From NCBI GenBank assembly GCA_977018835.1, contig OZ361256.1:5146001-5210000 (forward strand): a DNA stretch of 64,000 bases, written 5' to 3'. The notes below the pieces were generated by a model. The model made no database searches. It had not been told where the DNA came from and was given only the letters and a program-made list of their open reading frames with translations. A program made the translations under genes and the position numbers. Source of the DNA: Minutocellus sp. GHC0000111 (lineage: Eukaryota). Positions 44,613 through 55,083 of this stretch are shown here, piece by piece. Every line of letters begins with the position of its first letter. Within the stretch, counting starts at the first letter, position 1.

Positions 44613-45797
44613 ATGGACGCCCTCCGACCAACCACCACCGAAGCACCTGTGGACGGCAACGACGGACCGAGAGTTTCAAAGGAGGAGATTCTCGCATGTC
44701 AGTTCTCCTCCTGGTATGACGATTTCCGCAACTTGTCCGGCGCTGCCAACAAAAACTGCACGATCAAGAGCGTCATCGTTCCCCTCCCTCCCATCTTCAT
44801 CGAGTACCTCTTAAGCGATGGGGTTCGTCTTCCCGATGGTGCCACCAAGCTGTCGTCTTGTGCGCCAGCTCACGAAGACGATGGATGGTCCTCTGACGAA
44901 GGTGGTGATAATGATGATGAGGAGGAAGACAGCATCGATGGGAAGCGCTACTCTTTTCCCGAGTTGAATGGGCAGATTTCCGAGGGCATTGCGTCTCTGG
45001 GCGGTGCCGTCCTTCCCAAGCTGAATTGGTCCTCCCCGAAGGATGCCACGTGGGTCAACAATGGAACGATGAAGTGCGAGACTCCAGGGGACGTTTACAT
45101 TTTGCTCAAAAGTTCTGACTTTGTAAGTCATGACATTCAGCACACGTTCGATGGGGCGACGGGCAACGATGCAGAGGCTGACAAAGCTGACGGAGATGAT
45201 ACTGGTACTCCATTTCAATTTGAGCTGGCACTTCGCAAATGGAGCAATCTGCACGCCAGCCAGGAATTCCGCTGCTTCGTCTCAGATCACGAATTGGTGG
45301 CCATATCGCAGAGAAATCACACACAGCATTATCCTCACTTGTCGAGGGAGTCCATGACGATCCGGTCGCGCATCGTTGACTTCTTCGTTGATTCGATCCA
45401 GCGCAGATTCGCATCGGGAAGTATTGCGAAATATGTGTTTGATTGCTACGTCGACAAGAATGGACGTGTTTGGCTGCTGGATTTCAACCCCTGGAGTATC
45501 CGAACCGATTCTCTTCTATTTGACTGGGACAACCTCCAAAAGATGGCTGCCGATGTTGCTACTTCTGGCGAGGGCGAAGCAGGAGAAGTGGAGGACGAAG
45601 GAAAGACAGACGATGCAGTATCATGCGAGAATGTGCGTCCCTGTATAAAGGTTGTTGAGACGGAGCTCGAGGTCCATCACGACCCCATTGCATCCTTTCG
45701 AGCCCCGATCGACACAGTCGACCTCATGTCTGATGCTGACGGAGCGAACTCATTTCAGAATTTCATGGCCATGTGCGAGAGACCAAGTGAAATGTAA
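44613..45797 (+). CDS. CDC123: Cell division cycle protein 123 (D123 ATP-grasp)
   Basis: CQFSSWY, PKLNWSSPKDATW, LLKSSDF, LRKW, EFRCFV, ISQR, LLDFNP and TDSLLFDW. Confidence 0.93.
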   Translation: MDALRPTTTEAPVDGNDGPRVSKEEILACQFSSWYDDFRNLSGAANKNCTIKSVIVPLPPIFIEYLLSDGVRLPDGATKLSSCAPAHEDDGWSSDEGGDNDDEEEDSIDGKRYSFPELNGQISEGIASLGGAVLPKLNWSSPKDATWVNNGTMKCETPGDVYILLKSSDFVSHDIQHTFDGATGNDAEADKADGDDTGTPFQFELALRKWSNLHASQEFRCFVSDHELVAISQRNHTQHYPHLSRESMTIRSRIVDFFVDSIQRRFASGSIAKYVFDCYVDKNGRVWLLDFNPWSIRTDSLLFDWDNLQKMAADVATSGEGEAGEVEDEGKTDDAVSCENVRPCIKVVETELEVHHDPIASFRAPIDTVDLMSDADGANSFQNFMAMCERPSEM

Positions 45798-45839
45798 TGT
45801 AATGCACGATAGGGAATTATTTGCTTGGATCTTCAGTAG

Positions 45840-46826
45840 TTAGAGCGAATATATTACTTTATTTCTCCCAATGAAATCAAGGTGATGGATAGTGAAGTGA
45901 CTACCAGTCGGGGACATGTCGAGCAAATATTGACAGAAGGCGGAGTAACTCCGAACTGGATCCCCGTGGCGTTTCTGTTTGCGATCAGGAAAGAGTGTGG
46001 GCATCACACAACAAGGCAATATCGCGAATGGTACTTTCAATCGCAAGGCTAACTTCACAATTGGCTCGGTTGCTTGATCGGGATGCAAGCCGCAAATCAT
46101 CGAACAATTCCGTATTGTCTTGCCAACGCCATCTTCGCGATCTGTTAAGTGGCTACCATCTCCGTCGAGAGGATACGCCAAAACCCCAAACGGCGCATCC
46201 TCCCCACATCTAGGATTTGGGTCCACCAATGTGCTGGGAACTCCTAATCCGTGGAGTGTCCTGCTGATCTCCCCATTTCCCCCTGCCACGTCCAAGACCC
46301 CAGAACCAACAGAAAGTCATTCTTTACCATACGTGTCCACCAACCAGTGCGCGAATATTCGATGCCGTTCGCTCTTTAGATTCACAAATGTGAGTTGGTG
46401 TACAAGACTTGCTGTGTTGTTCTCTTCTTCTGAATCGTCTTTACTTCGTACCTGCAGTACCGCCTCACATTCCAACAACCTTTGTCCCTTGCGGTTCAAT
46501 TCAATTCTGCGATTGACTCGGACCACCAGCACTCGATCGTCATCTATGCTAGCCCATGATCCCTTTTCCAGCTGGTCAATTTCGTCATCCCCGGGAACAA
46601 GGCCTCTCGCGAGGCTCTTCACGTCCTTCAACTGGCCATCACCGTCGAAGCAGAACTCAGTCCCTGGACGGACATGAAGGAGGCAGCTCTTGCCAGGGGA
46701 CAGAACATTGGAGGACGAAGAGGCACAAATGCCTTCGACGACGAGGAGACTCCTCTTTCTACTGATGAATAGCTTCACCTGTCGTGCTTCCAGGGAGACT
46801 GTAATGCCAGAGGCGGAGCTGGACAT
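45840..46826 (-). pseudogene. SAM-dependent methyltransferase-like gene interrupted by an in-frame TGA (46317-46319)
   Basis: Reads ...FAHWLVDTYGKE*LSVGSGVLDVAGGNGE...GLHPDQATE...PFAILPCCV in a single frame. Confidence 0.65.
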
Positions 46827-47094
46827 GATGGTTGCTGATGTTGTTGTAGCTGCTTTATTGTGGCGGCGATGACTGATCGATCTGATCACCATGCACCACG
46901 CTGCAATATGCTGCATGGCTGGAGGTGCCATCACTTGCTGGAGGCGAGCGACGTCGCTCACGATGGTTGGCGGTTGGCGGAACCGCCAAAAGAACCCGGA
47001 AGTGCCGACCGACCGGCCCACGGAGAGTCGAGTCTCCGTGTGGCCGACCGGGCAGTTTCCTCCTGCGGCGAATGAAAGAGGGCATGCCAATACC

Positions 47095-47739
47095 ATGGTA
47101 TATTCTAATATGCAATGTCTGTTCTTTACCACCTGCTCCTTATTGAGGTCGGCATCTGCTTTCAGCGGCGGTGCCAGTATCTGCGAGCTCGGCCGTTGTC
47201 GACTAAGAATGAACGCATTAGCAGCATCGCCTCCACTACACGCGCACGTACGCCCAATTGGTCGAACTGATGGTTCCAGCAAGCGTACTAGTATCGGTGC
47301 CCTGCATTTATCATCCTCGGCCAATGCCAACGATGGTGTTGACTTTGATTCATTGCTAGATATGGACGTAGTGCTGTTCAAAAGACGGAACAGCGAGAAG
47401 GAAGAATTGGAGTTGGGAGCCATGCAAGAAGACGGTACCGTAGCGCCGATATCTGCATGGAGCCTTGAATCTGCTTTTGCATCTGGCTCGTCCGATTCCA
47501 TAGAGTTTTTGGTGGACGAAGAAGATCGATTTCCGGGGTTGACTGCAGATGATGTAGTGATTGTATCCGTGGTGGACGAATCATTGATAAGTTATGGTTC
47601 GCGACAAGTTGGAGGTGGCAAGGGACCGGGAAACCCACATGGGGAAGAGAGTGAGCTACTCTATTATGTGGAGAGGAGTGTCATTGAAGAGGATGATGTA
47701 GAGGTGGTGATAAAGCCTGAGCTAGAGATCCTATGGTAA
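47095..47739 (+). CDS. Hypothetical plastid-targeted protein
   Basis: ASA-F presequence; C-terminal domain with GSRQVGGGKGPGNPHGEESE. Confidence 0.7.
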   Translation: MVYSNMQCLFFTTCSLLRSASAFSGGASICELGRCRLRMNALAASPPLHAHVRPIGRTDGSSKRTSIGALHLSSSANANDGVDFDSLLDMDVVLFKRRNSEKEELELGAMQEDGTVAPISAWSLESAFASGSSDSIEFLVDEEDRFPGLTADDVVIVSVVDESLISYGSRQVGGGKGPGNPHGEESELLYYVERSVIEEDDVEVVIKPELEILW

Positions 47740-47775
47740 GCCCCATGGTGAGCAGTAGACACATCTTTTGTGATT

Positions 47776-47889
47776 TATATATATATATATAGGATTTGAC
47801 CGTTGGTCTTTGTAGCAACGATCACCTAACTCGCCTACTAGTGACATTCTTTGCTGATTTGTAATATATATATATATATATATATATAT
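47776..47889. repeat. Two (TA)n microsatellites
   Basis: Runs at 47776-47791 and 47864-47889. Confidence 0.95.
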
Positions 47890-48615
47890 CTGTGATGAAG
47901 GGGATAGAACTCTACACGTACTAGTATAAGATTCAATTGGAAGCAGCACACATGGTCACGGTTGCACATGACTGCGTGATTCATCATACTACGAAATAGT
48001 AGGAACACCAAACAAGCTCATTAAAAAGGTGAAGCGACCGCAAGACAAGAGACCACCGTGATCTCGACGGCATCCACAACCTTTTTGAAGCAGTGCAAGA
48101 ATGCAAGCGAACGAGCTAAGCGAACGGCAAGTCAAACATAAACTTGCCTTCCTAGTCGAAAGAGCTCATCGGTGTGCAAAACACACAAGTGGGCATGCAA
48201 CTCGTCAACGTAGCGTTTGATTGGATTCAATGTTCTCTCAAAAAATAATTTGCCTCCCATGACACATCAAGCAATGAGAAGTGCATTGAAAGTGGTACTT
48301 TACAAATATCGGAAAAAATAACCTAATAAAATAAATTTTCCTCTGTTCACTTACTCAATTTCATCGACAATATTGGCTCTCTATCTCAAATTACTTTTGA
48401 ACGGGAAAGAATTTTCCACTCGAATGGAAGGAGTAAGATGATCGCGCTGCAGTGCAAATGTTAATAGACTGCAGTACCCCGGACTGATTGAACCAATCTG
48501 CCACAGCTGTAACCAAAATTTCCGCCAATCAATAAACCTCCTTTCTTTTCTTACCTAGCCATATCATTTGGCTTTTACCTTTTGCAGATTATTCTTCCAA
48601 AACCAATACGCCATT

Positions 48616-49878
48616 CTATGTCCTCCTAGACAAGGCCTTGCTGAGGAGGGCCTTGTACCGAGCCAGGCCGGCCCTGCGCTCCTCGGGACAGGTCTCACGG
48701 AACTTCTTCTTGTCCTCGTCACCATCGTCGTCGTCGCTGCCCTCGTCCATCTCCTCGTCGCCGTCGAACACCAGCGTCAGTCCACCCTTGAGCTTCTTGC
48801 CCTTGCTGGGGCTGGCAGCGGCAGACGTTCCAGCAGCTGCCGCATCAGCACCACCGTTGCCGCCGGTAAGTGATACGCTCACCTTGGGAGCACCATGGCC
48901 ATTGCCATTGCCACCCAACGTCCCTCCGATGGCCGTGGCGGCCGGAATTGACGACGCACCGGCAGAAGCGGCACCCCCACTGCTGGTCCCGGCAGCACCG
49001 ATACTGGTCGTCACGGCCGACGCAACGGGTGCCGCAGTGGGCAACGCCATGGGCTGAGGAATGAGCGGAACGGCACTCTGAGGAGGAGGCGGGGGAAGGC
49101 CAGGAACCGATCCAGGTGGCGGGGGGAGACCAGGAACACTTCCAGGAGGCAACGGCGGTGGAGGGGGGGCTCCTCCGTACACGCCTGCCGGGCCCGGTGG
49201 TGGCGGAGGAGGCGGAGGAGGCATCGGCATGCCTCCCATCCCGGCCGGCATGTCGGGCGCGGGCTCGACGGTGAAGCAATCCTCGTCCATCTTGAAGTCC
49301 TGATACCCGTGGGCGTTGACCAGCATGAAGGCCGCGCGGCAGGCGCAGTCGATGGCGGCATCGCGGGTCTTGCCCCTGCCCCAGCTCAGGGCCTGGCCGC
49401 CGATGCGGGTGCAGAACACGTAGGGCTTCTCGGCCGTGCCGTAGCCCTGCGAGGGGGGGAGACGAACGTACGCCGCGTCCGACATCCGATGGGCCTTGGT
49501 GTAACGTGCAAAGGATTCGATGGAGCGGTAGTACGAATCCGGACGGTACTTCTTGACCAGGTACCGCTCGGCGTCGGCCGGTTCGTTCGAGTTGCTGGAG
49601 TTGGGACGGGACCGTTTGCTCGAAGCCGCAGCAGCAGAAGCAGCAGCCGATGCGTCGGCTGACGGTGGTGGAGGGACCGGAGACGGGCCGCGGGAGGAGT
49701 GGTGAGCATGTGCGCCATGTGCTGCTGATCCATAAGCATGCTGATGCGGTGGGGGAGGATACGCGCCCGGTGGAGGCGGGGGATAGCCCCCGTAGGCACC
49801 TGGCGGCGCCATTGGGGGCGCACCGCCAACGGCAGGAGCGGCACCGACGTCGCCTTGCTTCCTCTTCTTGCGTCCCAT
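48616..49878 (-). CDS. Proline-rich protein with a dsRBD-like domain and ZNF207/BuGZ-like termini
   Basis: MGRKKRK start, KPYVFCTRIGGQALSWGRGKTRDAAIDCACRAAF (dsRBD-like), poly-Pro, and C-terminal CPEERRAGLARY. Confidence 0.75.
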   Translation of the reverse strand: MGRKKRKQGDVGAAPAVGGAPPMAPPGAYGGYPPPPPGAYPPPPHQHAYGSAAHGAHAHHSSRGPSPVPPPPSADASAAASAAAASSKRSRPNSSNSNEPADAERYLVKKYRPDSYYRSIESFARYTKAHRMSDAAYVRLPPSQGYGTAEKPYVFCTRIGGQALSWGRGKTRDAAIDCACRAAFMLVNAHGYQDFKMDEDCFTVEPAPDMPAGMGGMPMPPPPPPPPPGPAGVYGGAPPPPPLPPGSVPGLPPPPGSVPGLPPPPPQSAVPLIPQPMALPTAAPVASAVTTSIGAAGTSSGGAASAGASSIPAATAIGGTLGGNGNGHGAPKVSVSLTGGNGGADAAAAGTSAAASPSKGKKLKGGLTLVFDGDEEMDEGSDDDDGDEDKKKFRETCPEERRAGLARYKALLSKALSRRT

Positions 49879-49919
49879 GGCGGCTTTCGATCGATTTGTG
49901 ACAAGGCGCTAAGCTGACG

Positions 49920-49985
49920 ACAAAACGCGGGACCAGCAGCAATCTTGGCACAAAACGCGGGACCAGCAGGGAAATCCCAGCACAA
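49920..49985. repeat. Tandem repeat, 30-bp period, in the 5' region
   Basis: acaaaacgcgggaccagcag at 49920 and 49950, plus a partial third copy. Confidence 0.85.
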
Positions 49986-50142
49986 GAAGCAACCGCGAAG
50001 CAACGCTGAGAGGTCAAGGCAAGGGTGATACCGATACCGTCCCACCCCTTGCGTTTACGAGTATCCACACGGTCAATAGATCGCCTGCAAGATCCATTTT
50101 AAAATTGTTGTCACGCATAATTTTTATTTACAATAATAAAAA

Positions 50143-51140
50143 ATGCGCCGCAAATTGATTCTGGCCACCTCGGCCCTCCTCAGCGGCGGCGCCGGCAGTC
50201 TTGCCACCGCCCAGGAGCTCGACACGCCCGCTCCGTCGCCACCACCGACGCCCACCCCGTGGAAATGCGTCAACCCCGACGCCCCCGAGACCGACGACGG
50301 CATCGTCCATCGCGGGTCCAGAACCACCGTCTGCCTCACGGTCGGTCCCGGCACCAACTGGGCCGAAGGCGTCGAGTACACCCGCTACGTCTTCCGGCCA
50401 ACCGCGGACGAGTATTCCGTGTACCGTGTCCCCAATTCCTTTCAGGACTTTGTCGTCGATGAACAGAAGGACTTTGTTCTGCCGTACATGAGCATATTCG
50501 CCGCGTCCGGTGAAGCGTGAGTTTTGAGTTTTAGTGGAGGAAATGTATATTGCGTCGGGTGTTCTGAATTGAGTTGCTGCGTTGCATTGCGCTTATCTAA
50601 CTTATACACATCCGCCACTTTCGACTCTGGACAAACAGCCTGAGTTTCTTCCGCCGGTATTACGACAAGGATCTGGGCCTCATCTACCCCTTCCTCACGG
50701 CCATCATCGACGTGAAGGACGGCGTCATCACCGGCATCTCATTCGACGATGCCTGCATCTTTTGCGATTCCAAATCCTGCTCGGAGAACACCTATGGATT
50801 CGACGGAGAGCTGGCGGACGTCCAGCAGCCCACCAAGGGCTGCGCTCTGTCCAAGGTGGCATGCGATGCCATCCACCTGTCGGGCGGAACGCAGTGCGAC
50901 CTGCAGCTGTACGTGGTGTGGACGGGCACCGATGACGATGGCAATGTTTTGTCGAGCGCCGATTCCAGGTTTAGCAACTTTGAACCGAAGCAGCTGCAGA
51001 ATCGGTTCTACGATCAGTTGGCCAAGCTGGACATTCGGGATAAGATCCCGACGTGGGATGACATCAACCCCTTCCCCAGCTGGGAGGACATTACTGCACC
51101 GTTTGACAATATTGATTTGAATCCTTTTGACAGGGAGTGA
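50143..51140 (+). CDS. Secreted Cys-rich hypothetical protein; join(50143..50516,50639..51140)
   Basis: Signal peptide; GT-AG intron keeps the frame; CDLQLYVVWTGTD motif. Confidence 0.8.
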
Positions 51141-51483
51141 TGAGTTGATGAGTGTGAGAAGAGAGAAATGACTTGATGGGAATCGGATTAGAGGATGCAG
51201 CGCAGGAGAGATACCGATATCTGTAAGAGCATCTTAATGATCTAAGGACCGATACATGGATAATTGACTGAATCGAATCATCGGTTGCAATCGTCGCTCT
51301 GCTCCTGCACGGTGCCCTTCGAAAAGAACGGGACCATTTATTTGTTTGATGATGACATCAAACAGAAACCATTTCCTTAACTACGTACGTACGAGCAAGT
51401 TCCCCGCCCCCAGCCACACATCTTGTGTCGTATCTTCTTGGCTCCAAACCCCTTGCCAAACCAACGCGCTATCGCCACCCACC

Positions 51484-53466
51484 ATGGACCTGCTCGAAAA
51501 CTACGGCAGCAGCAGCGACGAGGAGGGAGGTGACTCCTCTCCCGTCGCCGCCGCTCCGAAGCAGGCGCCTACCGCGGCCGCTGCACCTGCACCAATTCGC
51601 CGCCTCAATGCGGCACCGACGCCCTCCATGCCGGCGGCCATGAGGGCCAAGGCCCGCCGGTTGGGACAGCACCCGACCGGCTCCGCTGCACCACCGGGCA
51701 GCAGCACGGCGTTGACTTTGCACCAGCCCTCCCGCAATACCGGCGGTAGTGCCGGCAGTGGTAGCAACCAGCTTCTGATGAACAACCCTCTCGCGTCGGT
51801 CCTGCACGCACCCATCCAGGGACCGGCGGCGTCCGATCCCAACAGCGGGGCCAAGCCACAGTCGCGCGGTGACGTCGGGACGGCGGTGCACAACGATGCC
51901 TTTGACGAGGCCACCTTCGAGGAGGAACGGAAGCGCTTCCAGAGGACGGGCACTGCCATGGCCCCGACGGCGACGGGAGAGGTGGTGTCGCGCGGTACTT
52001 GGGGTCACGATCGGAAGCGATGTGCCGACGATGCCAATAGCGGACCGCAGGGACCACACCAGCAAGGAGTCATGACGGATGGTTTGGAACAGCCCAAACG
52101 CAAGCGGGATCGCAAGTCGAAAAAGTCGGAGGATGCCAAACTCAAGGAGCTGGTGGAGGGGTCCGACGACGAGGCGACATATGGGATCTGGGGCCCACCG
52201 TCGGCCGAGGAGCGGGCCATGAAGGACAACCAAATATCCGACCTGGCCCGCGGCGTCGAGCTGTCGGAGGAGCAGATGGCCGAGCGTGCGCACATTGCCG
52301 AGCGGGATCGCCGTCGCGGAAAGAACGCCGAGGATGCCGAGGCCGACGAGGCGCAAAAGTTCGACCGCCTCGTCGAGCGGAAGATGTCGCATCTGCTCCC
52401 CCTGAGGATGGAGGGAGAGGATCCGAAGGCCATCGAACCCAGTACCATCTTCCACGGAGAGTCCGAGCTGGACTACCGCGGTCGGTCCTGGACGGCCCCA
52501 CCCGCCGGTACCGACTCGGCCGAACCCAACGATGTGGAGGATCATCAGTGCTTTGTGCCGAAGAAGTGCACCGGCAGACTCACGGGTCACAACAAGGGCG
52601 TGCATCGGGTCCGGTTCTTCCCCCGCACCGGTCATCTGCTGTTGAGCGCTGGTTTGGAGGGCAAGTGCAAGGTTTGGTCGATCGCTCAGAAGAAGGTGAT
52701 GCGAACGTATATTGGTCATTCGGCCGCCGTGCGGGATGTGCAATTTAGCGACGATGGATCGACCTTCCTTTCGGCCTCGTTCGATCGGTTCGTTCGGCTT
52801 TGGAATACGGAAACCGGCGAGGTTCTTGGTACCTACACCAATCGTCGTGTTCCCTACGTTGTCAAGTTTTACCCACACGACAACAACACGTTCGTGGTGG
52901 GATGTTCCGACAACAAAATTGTTGCCTACGACAGCAAGACGGGAGAGATTACGCAGGAGTACAATCATCATCTTGCTCCCGTCAATACCATCACCTTTGT
53001 GGAGGATCATGGCACAAAGATGGTGACGTCGTCAGACGATAAGAAGGTTCTGGTGTGGGAATGGGACATTGGCGTTCCCATCAAATACATTTCCGACCCG
53101 ACCATGCACTCCATCCCCGTTGTGACGCTCCACCCGACCTTGCAGTACTGGGCTGGACAGAGTCTGGACAACCAGATCGTGGTATATCAGGCCAAGGATC
53201 GCTTTGCTCTCCAGCGGAAGAAGAAGTTCACTGGCCACACCGTCGCGGGGTATGCCTGTGACATCACCATCAGCCCCGACGGTCGCTTCCTGGCCAGCGG
53301 CGATGGTGATGGCAAGGTTTACTTCTGGGATTGGAGACGGAGCAAGCTGCTGCAGAAATACCGTGCTCATGACAATGGACCTGCCATTTCCTGTGCGTGG
53401 CATCCCGTCGACCCTACCATGGTCGTCACCTGCGGATGGGATGGCATTATCAAGATTTGGGAGTAG
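51484..53466 (+). CDS. CDC40: Pre-mRNA splicing factor PRP17/CDC40 (WD40)
   Basis: DYRGRSW, CFVPKK, GHNKGV, HLLLSA, QEYNHHL, WEWDI, QSLDNQI, FTGHTVAGYAC and CGWDGIIKIWE. Confidence 0.95.
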   Translation: MDLLENYGSSSDEEGGDSSPVAAAPKQAPTAAAAPAPIRRLNAAPTPSMPAAMRAKARRLGQHPTGSAAPPGSSTALTLHQPSRNTGGSAGSGSNQLLMNNPLASVLHAPIQGPAASDPNSGAKPQSRGDVGTAVHNDAFDEATFEEERKRFQRTGTAMAPTATGEVVSRGTWGHDRKRCADDANSGPQGPHQQGVMTDGLEQPKRKRDRKSKKSEDAKLKELVEGSDDEATYGIWGPPSAEERAMKDNQISDLARGVELSEEQMAERAHIAERDRRRGKNAEDAEADEAQKFDRLVERKMSHLLPLRMEGEDPKAIEPSTIFHGESELDYRGRSWTAPPAGTDSAEPNDVEDHQCFVPKKCTGRLTGHNKGVHRVRFFPRTGHLLLSAGLEGKCKVWSIAQKKVMRTYIGHSAAVRDVQFSDDGSTFLSASFDRFVRLWNTETGEVLGTYTNRRVPYVVKFYPHDNNTFVVGCSDNKIVAYDSKTGEITQEYNHHLAPVNTITFVEDHGTKMVTSSDDKKVLVWEWDIGVPIKYISDPTMHSIPVVTLHPTLQYWAGQSLDNQIVVYQAKDRFALQRKKKFTGHTVAGYACDITISPDGRFLASGDGDGKVYFWDWRRSKLLQKYRAHDNGPAISCAWHPVDPTMVVTCGWDGIIKIWE

Positions 53467-53526
53467 TGCAGTATCCTTCTCTCCAGGATTTTGCTAAACA
53501 GAGGTATAAGCTTAAAGTATAATCTT

Positions 53527-54747
53527 CTAAAATACTCCAGTTAGCCATGCTCTTGTGAGCGAGAAAGTGTTGCCCAACCTTCCAAGACGACTGCTCAATC
53601 CATCCTGCGCGATCAAATCCTCATGAAAGAGGTCATATTGAACGCCGTTGAGCTTGGTCAAATAACTCAAAGCACCAACGGCTGGCAGTAGAGTCGCTCG
53701 ACCATCCTTGGGAACACCGCCCTGCATCTTACGCGCCTCGGATAGATACGCACCAGCCACGTGCGCCATCTCTCTCACGGCCAGCTTCAAGGCTTCGACG
53801 GCAACCTTTTCCGGTGGGCTTAGCTCGGCTCCACTGAAGCGATCGGGGGGGCTGAGCAAAAATTGCATAGGGACATCGTGCTTTGCCATAATGTCTGCTG
53901 GGATGGCAATCTCACCAAAGTTGGCACGATACACCAACGATCGAAGCGCGGTGATGATGCCCAAACTGGCCCCAATGCGGGATGCCACCTCGTCGGCCTT
54001 GCCATCTCGAACGTCACAGCACTCCAGAGCAAGATACAAAAGGCTACTGGACGTTGCCTCTCCATAGTGGACCAAATCTCTCATCGTATCGTATTGCGAT
54101 ACATCGAGATCATGCTCCCGAGCATCAATCATTCGATCGAGGAAGCGACGGGTGAGGTTGACATCCTCGGAGGCTCGAGTCAGCTCTCGAACAATCGGAT
54201 TGTGCTTGCGTGAGGCCGAGTAGGTTTGCGACAAGAATCCCGCCGAGCTGGGTTCAAAGGGCTTCGATGATTCGTCACCATCGTCCTTCTCTTCGTACAT
54301 TTCTGCGACGGCATCACGCCACCATTGCATCCTCAAGCGAGAGGCCAGGGTGGTGTCCATCTCGCCCATATCTCCTCCGCCGTCTCCGCCAAACGCCGAC
54401 GCGTCCACCGACGAAACCGACGCCTCGGACCGCGGCCGTCTCCGTCCCAACCCACCGCCGTCCTTCACGCTGGCAACTTCCACATTGAACGCGCGGATGG
54501 CAAAGTAGGCGTCCCGCGCCGCCGTCGAGGGCATGAGCAGCCCGCACAGATAGCCGTCGAGGTCGCGACTCTGGACCAGCTCGACACAGTGCTTGTGATC
54601 GTCTTTGTGCTGCTGCTTTGTGTCTTCGGTCGAGAAGTGCTGACGAGATGGAGCCGTGGCTGGCTTTGACGCCAGGAGTTGACGTCGAAGGCCCGGCATT
54701 GGCTGCCCTGAGCGGGATACTGCCGCCCGGAGCAGAGGGGTGGCCAT
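53527..54747 (-). CDS. NDUFAF6: Complex I assembly factor NDUFAF6 (squalene/phytoene synthase-like)
   Basis: Mitochondrial presequence, HCVELVQSRD, AIRAFNVEVA, RMQWWRDAV, IDAREHDL and YGEATSSSLLYL. Confidence 0.9.
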   Translation of the reverse strand: MATPLLRAAVSRSGQPMPGLRRQLLASKPATAPSRQHFSTEDTKQQHKDDHKHCVELVQSRDLDGYLCGLLMPSTAARDAYFAIRAFNVEVASVKDGGGLGRRRPRSEASVSSVDASAFGGDGGGDMGEMDTTLASRLRMQWWRDAVAEMYEEKDDGDESSKPFEPSSAGFLSQTYSASRKHNPIVRELTRASEDVNLTRRFLDRMIDAREHDLDVSQYDTMRDLVHYGEATSSSLLYLALECCDVRDGKADEVASRIGASLGIITALRSLVYRANFGEIAIPADIMAKHDVPMQFLLSPPDRFSGAELSPPEKVAVEALKLAVREMAHVAGAYLSEARKMQGGVPKDGRATLLPAVGALSYLTKLNGVQYDLFHEDLIAQDGLSSRLGRLGNTFSLTRAWLTGVF

Positions 54748-54930
54748 CGCTCGTCAATGTACTACGTAGTAGTTTGGTGGGTTTTGGTTTGGTACCAGCT
54801 CGTATGGTGCGGTGGTCGCATGCGCAGCTGGTGGTCGCGTCGTCTGGTCGGTTGATTGAACACCCGGATTTTTGCTGACGTGCTGACCACCACCTCATTT
54901 TTTCTCGCGAAGACCCCCCCCCAACGATGA

Positions 54931-55083
54931 CGACAGTGGCTCGAGAAGTACTACAGTAGCCAGTTGAGAAAACTACATACCAGGCATGAAGCGGTTTCTA
55001 ACCTTCGACAGTGGCTCGAGAAGTACTACAGTAGCCAGTTGAGGAAACTACATACCAGGCATGAAGCGGTTTCTAACCTTCGA
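54931..55083. repeat. 75-bp tandem duplication spanning the start codon of the downstream gene
   Basis: cgacagtggctcgagaag...catgaagcggtttctaacctt at 54931-55005 and 55006-55080, with one mismatch. Confidence 0.92.

Noticed and set aside
47950..48560. AT-rich gap as a hidden gene or element
   Set aside because: No ORF of note, terminal repeats or RNA motifs recognised.
48845..50068. Long alternative-frame or antisense ORFs (also 51469-53010, 61466-62194, 19110-19721)
   Set aside because: Shadows of GC-rich real genes with no recognisable motifs.
43001..54747. NDUFB2 and NDUFAF6 as a complex I gene cluster
   Set aside because: About 10 kb apart with unrelated genes between them; likely coincidence.
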